DNA from: a virus
Strand: one strand, 5' to 3'
Virus record (IMG/VR): IMGVR_UViG_3300015374_000001
Coordinates: 30,197-94,196 of that record
Length of the DNA: 64,000 bases
A program made the position numbers and the translations under genes. Position 1 is the first letter of the stretch; every line of letters begins with the position of its first letter. Of this stretch, positions 37,135-46,120 are shown one piece after another. The notes under the pieces are model-generated. The model had not been told where the DNA came from. It did not search any database and saw only the letters and a program-made list of their open reading frames with translations.

Positions 37135-38001
37135 GTGAGTTGGACACGGCCACCCCGCGCTACCGAACCCTATATAGCCAGACCTGAAGTCTTAAAGGAA
37201 TTAGAAGCCGTCACGCTGCCTGATAAGCAACCTTATTCGGTCAGCGATGTAATCAACGTTTGGGCGATCCAGAAAATACTAAATCAAGTCGCCAAAACTG
37301 AATTGGTTCTAGATGGCATCTTCGGAGAAAAGACTGAGAGTCAGGTAAAGAATTACCAGAAGAATAGGAACCTCGGTGCCGATGGGGTGGCCGGTCCAAA
37401 GACGCAGCAGAGAATGATCGACGGTTGGCTCAATCAGGTTCATGGGCTGCCGTTGAATCTATTAGATGGCCAGGTGCTCGGTGAGTCGGGAGGTATGTTC
37501 ACCGCAGTCAATTGGTCTAAGCCGCCTGGATGCGATTGCTTCGTAATTCAGCAGCGGCTCTATCCGATTGAAGGCACCAACGTATTTGGTACTCAGCAAT
37601 TGATGACAGCAGCTAGCGTCAGGGAACAGCTAGTTAATTCATCGATTAATCTACGTAATCGGTACGAGATTTATCTTCGTAGGGATGGAACCCAAAATAG
37701 CAATGTATTAGATTACATACCAACCGCTGAAGAGCGCGCGTGGCGGCTGGCAATGCTTTTCCATAACTACCAGACGGGGGCGGATAATTATTCCAAGGAG
37801 CGCGATCATCATTCAAGTTACTGGACTACTCCACAGGATTGGGTAACCGAAGTCAATAATGGAAAAGGTTACAAGTTTAGTGATGGCGCTCCGGTGAGAA
37901 CACCGTTTGAATGGTGCCAGAACTATGCACTCGGAAGTCCAGAGCATAATCATAAAGGAAATGTCTGTGCTTTAGTTGAAGATTGGAAGCCGCGCGCATG
38001 A
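37135..38001 (+). CDS. Peptidoglycan-binding domain protein with possible lysozyme-like C-domain
   Basis: 'LDGIFG.KT...VK.YQ...L.ADGVAGP.T' PG_binding_1; 'ESGG' and 'HNY'. Confidence 0.75.
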   Translation: MSWTRPPRATEPYIARPEVLKELEAVTLPDKQPYSVSDVINVWAIQKILNQVAKTELVLDGIFGEKTESQVKNYQKNRNLGADGVAGPKTQQRMIDGWLNQVHGLPLNLLDGQVLGESGGMFTAVNWSKPPGCDCFVIQQRLYPIEGTNVFGTQQLMTAASVREQLVNSSINLRNRYEIYLRRDGTQNSNVLDYIPTAEERAWRLAMLFHNYQTGADNYSKERDHHSSYWTTPQDWVTEVNNGKGYKFSDGAPVRTPFEWCQNYALGSPEHNHKGNVCALVEDWKPRA

Positions 38002-39174
38002 ATGGGAATGGAAGGCGTGATTTGAGAACTTATCCAGTCGTCGGGCCAGATGGAAAACCTGAAGAGGTTTACATCGACAAAGGCACGCCAGGGCATCCTG
38101 ATATCAAAAAGGTGCGGCTTGTCTTTGATGGACGTTTTTTCAAAGGCGAATTGATCGAACAAAAAGACGAGCACTTTGTTCCTGATCAACTTCAACAAGA
38201 GCAAAACCAAGATGCTGCTCGTGCCCATCGCGCTAGAATGGCAGCGATGGTAGATCAAGCGTAAGGAATTTAATGACCGACGGAGTTTTTGTTATCGAGA
38301 ACAGCGGCATCAAGTGCAAAGGCTGTGGTGGCATTCATAAATTCATCACGGGCCTGTCTGACAAAGGTTGCACTGTCCCGTTAGGATTTTCGCAGGAGAA
38401 GGCACAGGAAGTAGCGAAGGGCTACGGTTTACCTGAAAGCAATGTCGTCCTTTCTCCTGACACCCTGGTAATGCTGGATGATTCAGCACGTAAATTGCCA
38501 CGGCCCTCAGGCGTACAGAGGATCACCTTGGCTCAGGAGGTGGTACGCTCCGCTTGAATGGACTAGTCCCCGGCTTGGTGGTATGATGACAGTTACAGTC
38601 AGACCGTACATGCCAGAGCATATTGATAAATACGTCAAGATGCTAGAAAAGCGACTCGGTGTCGAGCTAGAGAATAAGGTGACCAACAAAGGCACCATTG
38701 TTATGGCTCGTTTACCAGATAAAGTAAAATGAAATACTGTTTCAATTGTAAAGAGGCGAATAGCTGGCCCGGTGGATTTATGACTTTTCCTGTTGGTCCA
38801 TGCGAGGCACCGGGGCATGTCGGCGATAGAAACGTGCCTTGTTATGACTATGATTCTCGGCTGCTGCCGGGGATGCCACAGGAAATGAATGCAATCGCGG
38901 ATCGTGAAGAGGAAGGTGTCTGATGCCGAAGAAAAAGCAAGCTGAGGTTGAGGTTATAGTGTCGGCTCATGCGGCTATGATTAATGAATTAGCGGATGCG
39001 GCGATTGAAGTTCCAGAAGCTTTATCCATTGATCGTAGTGCTCGCCATCCTGATGAGATGTTCTCGTTAAATATCATCAGGCTTTTGGTTATGGCTCGCA
39101 AGCAGAGGGTCAACATAGGTGACCAATTAGTGAAGTCGCTTCAGGATCTTCGTTCTGAAGCTGGGCTGGACTGA
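37998..39174 (+). other. Run of about five small hypothetical genes (37998-38264, 38273-38557, ~38583-38732, 38729-38923, 38923-39174)
   Basis: Translationally coupled ORFs, two with CxxC. Confidence 0.5.
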
Positions 39175-39485
39175 TGGTTGATCACGTTCATGAAATAGTT
39201 ACACAGCGCTCTGATCGCAAAGCGCCTCCTGGCCTACCTAACATAACTAGTCATTATTTTACTTGCACTTGTGGATATAACGGCCCACCGCGCAGGTTAC
39301 ATAGATACGCTATTGATGATAGGGAAGCTCATTTAAAAGCTATTAAGGAGGCTGGTGGTGGAAGCGTCGCAGCATCGGATTCACTTAACTCCGACGGAAT
39401 TGGGCCGGGAAACCGGCCTGCATCGGAGGGAAGTAATAGCCAAGTGCTTGGAGTACAGGGTGCCGATCTTTCAAGGTCGCATTGA
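39174..39485 (+). CDS. Small Zn-binding hypothetical protein
   Basis: 'H...C.CG...H' pattern; 3' part overlaps 39355. Confidence 0.45.
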   Translation: MVDHVHEIVTQRSDRKAPPGLPNITSHYFTCTCGYNGPPRRLHRYAIDDREAHLKAIKEAGGGSVAASDSLNSDGIGPGNRPASEGSNSQVLGVQGADLSRSH

Positions 39486-39546
39486 CCGCGATTTATTTGC
39501 GGAAGCGGTAAAGCTCCATGAAAAAGCTGCTCCTGACTCTGGTTGA
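39355..39546 (+). CDS. Small HTH protein resembling a conserved Thermoleophilia protein
   Basis: AAGGAGG RBS; 'HLTPTELGRETGLHRREVIAKCLEYRVPIFQGRIDRDLF' (recognised from memory, unverified). Confidence 0.65.
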   Translation: MVEASQHRIHLTPTELGRETGLHRREVIAKCLEYRVPIFQGRIDRDLFAEAVKLHEKAAPDSG

Positions 39547-40135
39547 CGGCGAAGAGCATGAGAAATTACACCTGCTCAGCGGACCTACCCACAAACATTT
39601 TGCTGACCGGCAGGGTTACGACTATACGGTTGGTCGTGTCGATCCCACGGTAGACAGGCCAGCTTCCTGGCATAAAATCAAACTGATGCGGAGCGCGCTC
39701 GGTATCTACGACCGCGTTTTCTTCATCGATAATGATGCGTTGTTTCTTCGGTTCGATATAGATCCGATGGATTTATTAGATCAAACCACAGCTTTCTGCA
39801 TGCTGGCCGAGGAAGACAAGGAAGTGGTCAATTGTGGAATCTGGTGGATCAAGAACACAGGACGGGCTCTCAGATTTCTAGATGAAGTGTGGGAGCAGGA
39901 GGATTTAATAAACCATATGATTTGGGAGCAGGCAGCAGTACATCGTATGCTCGGGTCAGATGGGAATCCTCGCTTTGAGTACATGCGCTTCATGGTTTTC
40001 TGTACGCAATTCTTTAATGATTGTTACGGCCGTGAAGATCATCCTGTTGTGAGACATTACTGCGGAATCAAGAACAGGATCAGAGCTATAGCTATGGAAC
40101 AAGATTTACGAAATTACTTAGGTTGGCAAGTGTGA
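39518..40135 (+). CDS. GT-A glycosyltransferase (GT34/MNN10-like)
   Basis: 'HF.D..GY', 'W.K', DxD 'FIDND', 'NCG', 'WEQ.A', 'HY.G'. Confidence 0.8.
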   Translation: MKKLLLTLVDGEEHEKLHLLSGPTHKHFADRQGYDYTVGRVDPTVDRPASWHKIKLMRSALGIYDRVFFIDNDALFLRFDIDPMDLLDQTTAFCMLAEEDKEVVNCGIWWIKNTGRALRFLDEVWEQEDLINHMIWEQAAVHRMLGSDGNPRFEYMRFMVFCTQFFNDCYGREDHPVVRHYCGIKNRIRAIAMEQDLRNYLGWQV

Positions 40136-40524
40136 GGCGAACACCAAAGGAAATCGGAGATGCGTTCGAAGCAGAAATTGCCCAGGAGTTCGATGGCGAA
40201 CAGGTACCCGGATCGGGTTCAGGAAAATTTCTCAAGCTTGATGTTAAAGGCGGTCGCGTATTCATTATCTCGTGCAAAGCAACTGATAATGACACGATAA
40301 CTATTAAGCGCACGTGGTTTCAGGAAGTAAAACGAGTAGCAAAAAGCGTGATGGCTGGCGGCGGAAATGTCGAGCCTGCATTGGCTCTTGACATTCACGG
40401 AGAAAAAGGTATATGGTTTCCGCTCGATGTTGCCAAGCAGCTTTTGACAACTGATGAGCTTAATTATATAGAGCCTGACAAAGCTTCTAAGCGAATAGCC
40501 AGATCAAGGGAGTCTTTACTTTAA
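40123..40524 (+). CDS. PD-(D/E)XK Holliday-junction-resolvase-like nuclease
   Basis: 'G..FE..IA....G..VPGSG.G...K.DV....I.CK'. Confidence 0.7.
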   Translation: MASVRRTPKEIGDAFEAEIAQEFDGEQVPGSGSGKFLKLDVKGGRVFIISCKATDNDTITIKRTWFQEVKRVAKSVMAGGGNVEPALALDIHGEKGIWFPLDVAKQLLTTDELNYIEPDKASKRIARSRESLL

Positions 40525-40832
40525 TGAGCCCTACTCTTGTGACAGACTATTACCGTCATAATACTACAAATGAGCAATGGGAATCAGCACAGCACCTACT
40601 GGCTGAACCAATTAAGCAAGTAAGCTGGCCCACAGAGATAGGTATGCCCTTAAGTATCTCTATTCGTGGCCAGCAATGGGTTATCGACGCCGATGGAGGT
40701 ATTACCAAGATGACGTAAAAGCTGTGATATGCTTCCGCCCGTCATGATTATGATCCATGGCGGGGGAACTTAAATGGCTTGGGGGAAGCCAGGTACTCCT
40801 GTGCCCTGTCTGCGGTTGAGGTTCCGCCGCTG

Positions 40833-40952
40833 ATGCCGGGGCGCGGTCGCTCTAAACGATGGTGGCGCATCTATCACGCGCTGAGGAATCGTCGGCATAT
40901 GTCGAAATCGAGCGCTGCCAGAATAGCGAGCACCAAGAGTAAAAGGAATTAA
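40833..40952 (+). CDS. 39-aa basic peptide (MPGRGRSKRWWRIYHALRNRRHMSKSSAARIASTKSKRN), not in track
   Basis: Coupled ORF; 'Y.ALR...MSK..AARIA' recurrent small-protein motif. Confidence 0.6.
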   Translation: MPGRGRSKRWWRIYHALRNRRHMSKSSAARIASTKSKRN

Positions 40953-40953
40953 T

Positions 40954-42264
40954 TTGCTTCAATCAATTGCTCAGCCTGCGCTTTCGCTACGGCCTAGAAC
41001 TGCAACACAAAATCGTATCCAACCTTCCGGGGCTAATGGGGCTCCACTTACGTTGCGTGCGTTTACTGGATCATCGGCCGATATTTTTAGGGTTGAAGAT
41101 CCAAATGGCGTATCTATATTTAGAGTAAATAAGCTTGGAATCCTTGAGCATAGAACGATTGCAGCGGGTCAGCCTGCGATCCGTTTTTTCATAGATTCTG
41201 ATGATACTCAGCCATCGATCCTCATTGATTCAAGTGTTCCTGAGATTCGCTTAGGCCCAGGTGGTGCCACCGCACCTCCATTACGCTGGTATCGAGATAC
41301 ATCTGGTCGTATGCATTGGGCTCCGTCCAGTGCTGGTTCTATTTTAGACATTAATACGGCAACTGCTCGTGCAGATCATTTATTCCAAGTATGGTCTACT
41401 GATCGTGCTAATCCAGGTGGTAGCCGTAATACGATGGCTGTCACTAAGGTTGAGAATCAAATAAATGCTAGTGCTGGCACCTTTCTCGGCCATGCTCTTG
41501 GAGTAACTAGCATTGTTGGTTCAGATGGAACGAATGTAGTAGGAACTGGCCATGGATTTACTTCACTTCAGCAAATATACACTGTAGGAAATTCAGCTAA
41601 TGAATTTACTCCGCAAGCTAATTACCAAGCCGATTTCACTACAGTAAATTCACCGCGCATCTGGTTAACAGACTGGATTCAAGTTGGGCCAGCCGTACAG
41701 CCTAACTTGATGACCGGTTTTACTATTTGCATGAATAACCACTACAACGGCCGTCCAAGCTCAGCAGGTATTTTTGCGGCGGTTGAGGTAACTACGCAGA
41801 CATGGGCACCATCATGGGCTAATCCAAATCAGGATGGCTCAGATGACGGTCGTCCAACTTATCCAATTGATGCAGGCGTCCATATCACCGGCAACTCGGG
41901 CAACGGTCTTGCCGACAACCTCCGCGACGGATTTTCTGTAGCTCTGCGGATCGGTGGACAAGGCCACGCTTGGCCCAATACCGGCCAGCGCTTCGGTAAG
42001 GGCATCGAGATATCAGCCTGGCGCACGCACGGAATTCATATATCGGGTAGGTTCTCTGGATCGACAGGACCGGCGATCCAAGTGGCCTCGGGCATAGGAG
42101 AAATTCTTTCGCCCAACGGGATCAGCACTAGGACCAAGGCAGGTACTATTTCTGATTCTGATTTCAATAATCCGGCGACCGGTCTGATGGCGATAGACGA
42201 AACCAACGGGCGGCTTTATTGCCGGTACTCGAACGGGCAATGGCATTTCGCCACCCTGACTTAG
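40954..42264 (+). CDS. Fibre/spike-like virion protein, paralog A
   Basis: Gly/Asn/Thr-rich; shares many motifs with 53158. Confidence 0.65.
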   Translation: MLQSIAQPALSLRPRTATQNRIQPSGANGAPLTLRAFTGSSADIFRVEDPNGVSIFRVNKLGILEHRTIAAGQPAIRFFIDSDDTQPSILIDSSVPEIRLGPGGATAPPLRWYRDTSGRMHWAPSSAGSILDINTATARADHLFQVWSTDRANPGGSRNTMAVTKVENQINASAGTFLGHALGVTSIVGSDGTNVVGTGHGFTSLQQIYTVGNSANEFTPQANYQADFTTVNSPRIWLTDWIQVGPAVQPNLMTGFTICMNNHYNGRPSSAGIFAAVEVTTQTWAPSWANPNQDGSDDGRPTYPIDAGVHITGNSGNGLADNLRDGFSVALRIGGQGHAWPNTGQRFGKGIEISAWRTHGIHISGRFSGSTGPAIQVASGIGEILSPNGISTRTKAGTISDSDFNNPATGLMAIDETNGRLYCRYSNGQWHFATLT

Positions 42265-42271
42265 GAGAAAC

Positions 42272-42514
42272 ATGCAGGGAATTAGTCCAGAAGAAGCAGT
42301 GGCGATTCTTAAGCTTCAGGCGACTTTGTATAGCGAGCTTTCTACTGTCTCTGAAATTAATCAATCTCTAACTGCGAGGCTCCAAGAATATGAGCCACAG
42401 GAAGACCAAGGCCCACAAACAACTCCAACCAAGGAGGGCTTAAATGGCTCGGGGAGCCAAAGCAGCCATCAAGCAAAACCAGAGGAAGTCCAAGGGCGTC
42501 CCGAAGGGGAGTAA
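42272..42514 (+). CDS. Small coiled-coil protein (possible fibre chaperone)
   Basis: AGGAG RBS; resembles 54627-54809. Confidence 0.5.
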   Translation: MQGISPEEAVAILKLQATLYSELSTVSEINQSLTARLQEYEPQEDQGPQTTPTKEGLNGSGSQSSHQAKPEEVQGRPEGE

Positions 42515-42593
42515 AAAGATTCGCTATCAGCGGGTCAGCAATGAAACCGTCCCGACTGCACGCTGGAACGGACCTAACGTCCATCGGACATGA
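42444..42593 (+). CDS. 49-aa basic peptide (MARGAKAAIKQNQRKSK...), not in track
   Basis: AAGGAGG RBS; ATGA coupling to the next gene. Confidence 0.55.
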   Translation: MARGAKAAIKQNQRKSKGVPKGSKKIRYQRVSNETVPTARWNGPNVHRT

Positions 42594-42988
42594 ATGATCA
42601 ACTCAGATTCGAGGTTCGTCCTTCCAAGGATGGCCAATTTTATTTTGTTCAACTAGCCAAGAACAACAGGGTTCTCTCTACGTCTGAGACTTATAAGCGT
42701 AAGAAGACTGCTGTTGATGCAGCTTGGTCGGCAGGAGCTACAGAGGTATTTGAAGTGGTTGATGGAGAGAAGGAATATTTCGAAATGGATGATCAGGAAG
42801 CTAAGCCTTCTGAAGAAGAAAAAGAAGCAATTAAGCCACAGACCGAACCTGCTAATGCGGGTGTAGTTGAAAATAAACGTGGCACAGGTGACATGCCCCC
42901 TGAGGGCGATGAAGTTGCCCCTGAGCACCCTGATCAGCCTGGGGAAACCCCCATCGGCTCTCATGGTGGAACGCCTTCGGGCAATTAA
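42590..42988 (+). CDS. YegP/DUF1508 domain protein
   Basis: 'FEV..SKDGQFYF...A.N..VL..SE.Y.RK..A'. Confidence 0.8.
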   Translation: MNDQLRFEVRPSKDGQFYFVQLAKNNRVLSTSETYKRKKTAVDAAWSAGATEVFEVVDGEKEYFEMDDQEAKPSEEEKEAIKPQTEPANAGVVENKRGTGDMPPEGDEVAPEHPDQPGETPIGSHGGTPSGN

Positions 42989-43006
42989 TTAAAGAAAGGA
43001 TAAACC

Positions 43007-43432
43007 ATGGCGGCTGACGCCAGTGAAAAGGGAAGGATCATCCACAGGGTAATTCGCCTGAAAGAAGGTGGGCTGTCTAACCTGACTCTTCATGATATTG
43101 AGGCTACTGCTGGTTCTCTTGCCCCTCAGGCTGAGATTGCAGAAGCTATGCCTCAATTAATTGGAGGCCAAGATGCTCATCCGCTTACGGGTGTGATTCG
43201 TACCCTTTCTCAAGTGGAAGATAAAAGTGCGCTCAAGCGATACCTTCAGATGGATGAAGAACAATTGCTTGAGGAATGGCGCGAGGTAACCGCTGAGCAT
43301 AATCGAGAAGTGAATAAAACAGGATTCACTAAAGCCGTCAAATCGCAGAACAAGGATTTGGCTGCTTACAACGATGCCGCTGCCGCCAGAGAAGAAGAAG
43401 GCGAGTGGGTCAGGAGTGGCCTGAATGTCTAA
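43007..43432 (+). CDS. Hypothetical protein
   Basis: GAAAGGA RBS. Confidence 0.5.
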   Translation: MAADASEKGRIIHRVIRLKEGGLSNLTLHDIEATAGSLAPQAEIAEAMPQLIGGQDAHPLTGVIRTLSQVEDKSALKRYLQMDEEQLLEEWREVTAEHNREVNKTGFTKAVKSQNKDLAAYNDAAAAREEEGEWVRSGLNV

Positions 43433-43850
43433 TCAATTATTCAACCCAGGGCGGGAAGGATTTCTCGCCGGGGAAATTGATGCGGACACGGCTGTAATTA
43501 AAGTCGTGGGCGTTGACACAGGCGCTTACACTTTCTCTGCCGCGCACAAATTCCTCTCATCCATCCCAGGCGCAGCACGTATTTTCACGAGTGCTGCTTT
43601 ATCGAGCAAGACAGTCACAGACGGTGTATTTGATGCCGCCGACCCGACGATGACCAATGTGTCTGGCGCGTCGGTTGAAGCTCTGTGTATTTATCAATCG
43701 TCGGCCGTCACTGGTGGCGCTGATGTTGCTGATACTTTGCAGAGATTAATTGCATGGATCGATACCAGTACGGGTCTGCCTATGACGCCCAACGGGGGAG
43801 ATATTTCGATCCAGTGGGATAACACTGCAAACCGAATCTTCAAGCTCTGA
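43425..43850 (+). CDS. Conserved phage virion protein
   Basis: 'GRE.FL.G.ID....IK', 'GVFDAAD', 'LIAWID...GLP.TPNGGDI...WD....IFKL' family motif. Confidence 0.7.
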   Translation: MSNQLFNPGREGFLAGEIDADTAVIKVVGVDTGAYTFSAAHKFLSSIPGAARIFTSAALSSKTVTDGVFDAADPTMTNVSGASVEALCIYQSSAVTGGADVADTLQRLIAWIDTSTGLPMTPNGGDISIQWDNTANRIFKL

Positions 43851-43856
43851 TTCGCT

Positions 43857-45746
43857 ATGCCAGATTTTCCCGCATTCCCTGACACAATATTCCGTAATGA
43901 AACCGATGCTGGTCTACGGACTGAATTAAGCAAGCAGAAGCTTGAGTCATGGGCTGCCAACATAAAAAGCTACATCGATTCTGCTGTAGCTGCTGTTGGT
44001 GGAGGTGGCGGCGGGGGATTCTGGTTACCTGCCTCGGTACTAGGAGTCTCTGCCGCTGCCGATTCACTCACTAACCGCAACTCCTTACAAAATGCGGTTA
44101 ACGTTCTGCCTCCTAAGGGCGGGACCATCGTTCTGGAAGCTGCTGATTTTGAATTTGATATCAGCCAGCCAATCCAGATCGGTGCCAAGCACGTAAAAAT
44201 TATCGGTGCCGGATTTGATGCAACTAATCTAATAACCGATAACGAGAATAGCTCGGCCAGCAATAAGTTCTTCCAGTTATCAAGTACGGGCTCGCTTGAG
44301 CTTCATGCTTTGACCATAACTGGACCATCGATCATCGCAGCGGGTGGTCGATTTGATGCAGTTCATGCTGATGGCTCAAGCGGGTACATGAAGGCATTTC
44401 AGTGTGGTTTTGATAATTTCACTTCTGCTCTTCGTGTATCGTCCAACGTAAATTGGCTTGGCAGCGTCGAAGCTTATCAATGCTGGTTTGATGGTTATGG
44501 AGGAAGTGGAGTAAATGCATCAACTCCAATTCTGACCAACTCACAAGGCTCTGGCTCGCGTGGCAGGTTTGTTCGTGTATCTCACTGTGATTTTTATAAT
44601 TTCGGTGATGCTGCCAGTGGCTTACATCATGGCCTTTACATCTCGTCGGACTTTGATGTTGAGGTTCTTTTCTGTAAATTCGATACTGCTGTTGGCACCG
44701 GCTATTGCTTACAGATGTTTGATGGCAATGTGGCTGATGCTAATGCGAGCTACGACCAGAAATTCATCGGCAACCACATTAGTTGGGGCTTGCCTTGCCG
44801 TGGTGTTGTTTCCGGCGCACGTTCTCGTATATTAATTGCTGATAACTTCTTCGGTAATAACCATAACTGGATCGTGCTTGGTGGTGGCCAGGCTGATATC
44901 GAGCGTAATAAATTTGCTGGTGGGATTACCGGCAATACTCAATTTGGTATCACTACTTCTATTGATCAGCCGCTTGGCCCGATCAACTTCTCTAGGAATA
45001 AGTTCACAGGCATCTGCTCGCGTTACGTAGATATCTCTACGATTGGGGAATACAATTTCTCCAACAACTATTGGGCTGCGCCTACAAATGCGATGGCCTA
45101 CGATGTTTCTGTTCAGACTTCATCGAATTCAATAGTCAGGTTTGATGGAGATATATTCCGAGGCAATGCAGGGCTTGGACATATCCGTGCCACTAATGGA
45201 ATAATCACTGTTTTCGGATGCTACTTCCGTAGTTTAAGTGGTGCTTGCATTGTTTCTGATGGAACGAGCCTTACTTATAGAATTGTTGCTACTGAGTTTT
45301 CTCAGGTAAGTGGTAGCTCGTTCCAACAGAACTCTATTCCGTCGCTTGAGGCAAGAGCTAATTACGGAATTTCTCCTATTTCTGATAATCCGCCTGTCGG
45401 GGGTGGAGGAAGTTCTGCCCCGACGCTGGTGGACCTTGGAACAATTACTGCCAATCAAGCTGTCACGATGGCTGATAAGCAAGATGCTTTTGTGATAGTC
45501 ACTCTTGGAGCTAATGGGCTCAAGGTCAGTTTTACCAATTGGTCGGCTGGCAAATCAGCAACGCTCATGGTTCGGCAAGATGCAACAGGAGGCAGGACTG
45601 GATATAGCTTGTCGCCAGCTAAATGGCCACGAGCTTCAGGTATACCGACGCTTCCAACTACGCCCAACGCAGAAAGCATCATTGGGTATATAGCTAAGAG
45701 CGCCACTGATATCTATGGCTTCGAGGGCGGATTGGACTTCGTGTAA
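43857..45746 (+). CDS. Right-handed beta-helix (pectate-lyase-fold) tailspike/depolymerase
   Basis: 'LQNA.N.....GGTI', Asn/Phe stacks; C-terminal 'V.QDATGGR' domain. Confidence 0.75.
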   Translation: MPDFPAFPDTIFRNETDAGLRTELSKQKLESWAANIKSYIDSAVAAVGGGGGGGFWLPASVLGVSAAADSLTNRNSLQNAVNVLPPKGGTIVLEAADFEFDISQPIQIGAKHVKIIGAGFDATNLITDNENSSASNKFFQLSSTGSLELHALTITGPSIIAAGGRFDAVHADGSSGYMKAFQCGFDNFTSALRVSSNVNWLGSVEAYQCWFDGYGGSGVNASTPILTNSQGSGSRGRFVRVSHCDFYNFGDAASGLHHGLYISSDFDVEVLFCKFDTAVGTGYCLQMFDGNVADANASYDQKFIGNHISWGLPCRGVVSGARSRILIADNFFGNNHNWIVLGGGQADIERNKFAGGITGNTQFGITTSIDQPLGPINFSRNKFTGICSRYVDISTIGEYNFSNNYWAAPTNAMAYDVSVQTSSNSIVRFDGDIFRGNAGLGHIRATNGIITVFGCYFRSLSGACIVSDGTSLTYRIVATEFSQVSGSSFQQNSIPSLEARANYGISPISDNPPVGGGGSSAPTLVDLGTITANQAVTMADKQDAFVIVTLGANGLKVSFTNWSAGKSATLMVRQDATGGRTGYSLSPAKWPRASGIPTLPTTPNAESIIGYIAKSATDIYGFEGGLDFV

Positions 45747-46120
45747 TGAATATCGAATATGTTAAAAATGGTTTAGCTGTTGATGGCATGGAAGTCTCTG
45801 TGCAGGCTTGGGAGCAAGAAGGATTAGTGATCCATTGGTTTCGTGATGAAACAGAAATCGCAATGGCTACCATTTTACAAAATGGTGAGGATTGGGAATG
45901 GACTCGCTTTCAAGTTAACGAAGAGGGCCAAGGCATTTTCACAGCAGCACAGAGATTTGCTATTCAAGCTCTTTCAAATGGCTACTCGCTAACCATTAAG
46001 AGCGATGTGTTTCAGAATCAGTTTTATAAAGAGGTTGGCTACGAGGATCGTGGCGACGGCTATCTTGAATTCAAAAATGTAAAAGTTGCTGAAGACTGGA
46101 TCAAGAAACACGGTAGGTAA
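45746..46120 (+). CDS. GNAT-like small protein
   Basis: 'V..EGQGI', 'FY...GY' degenerate GNAT motifs. Confidence 0.4.
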   Translation: MNIEYVKNGLAVDGMEVSVQAWEQEGLVIHWFRDETEIAMATILQNGEDWEWTRFQVNEEGQGIFTAAQRFAIQALSNGYSLTIKSDVFQNQFYKEVGYEDRGDGYLEFKNVKVAEDWIKKHGR

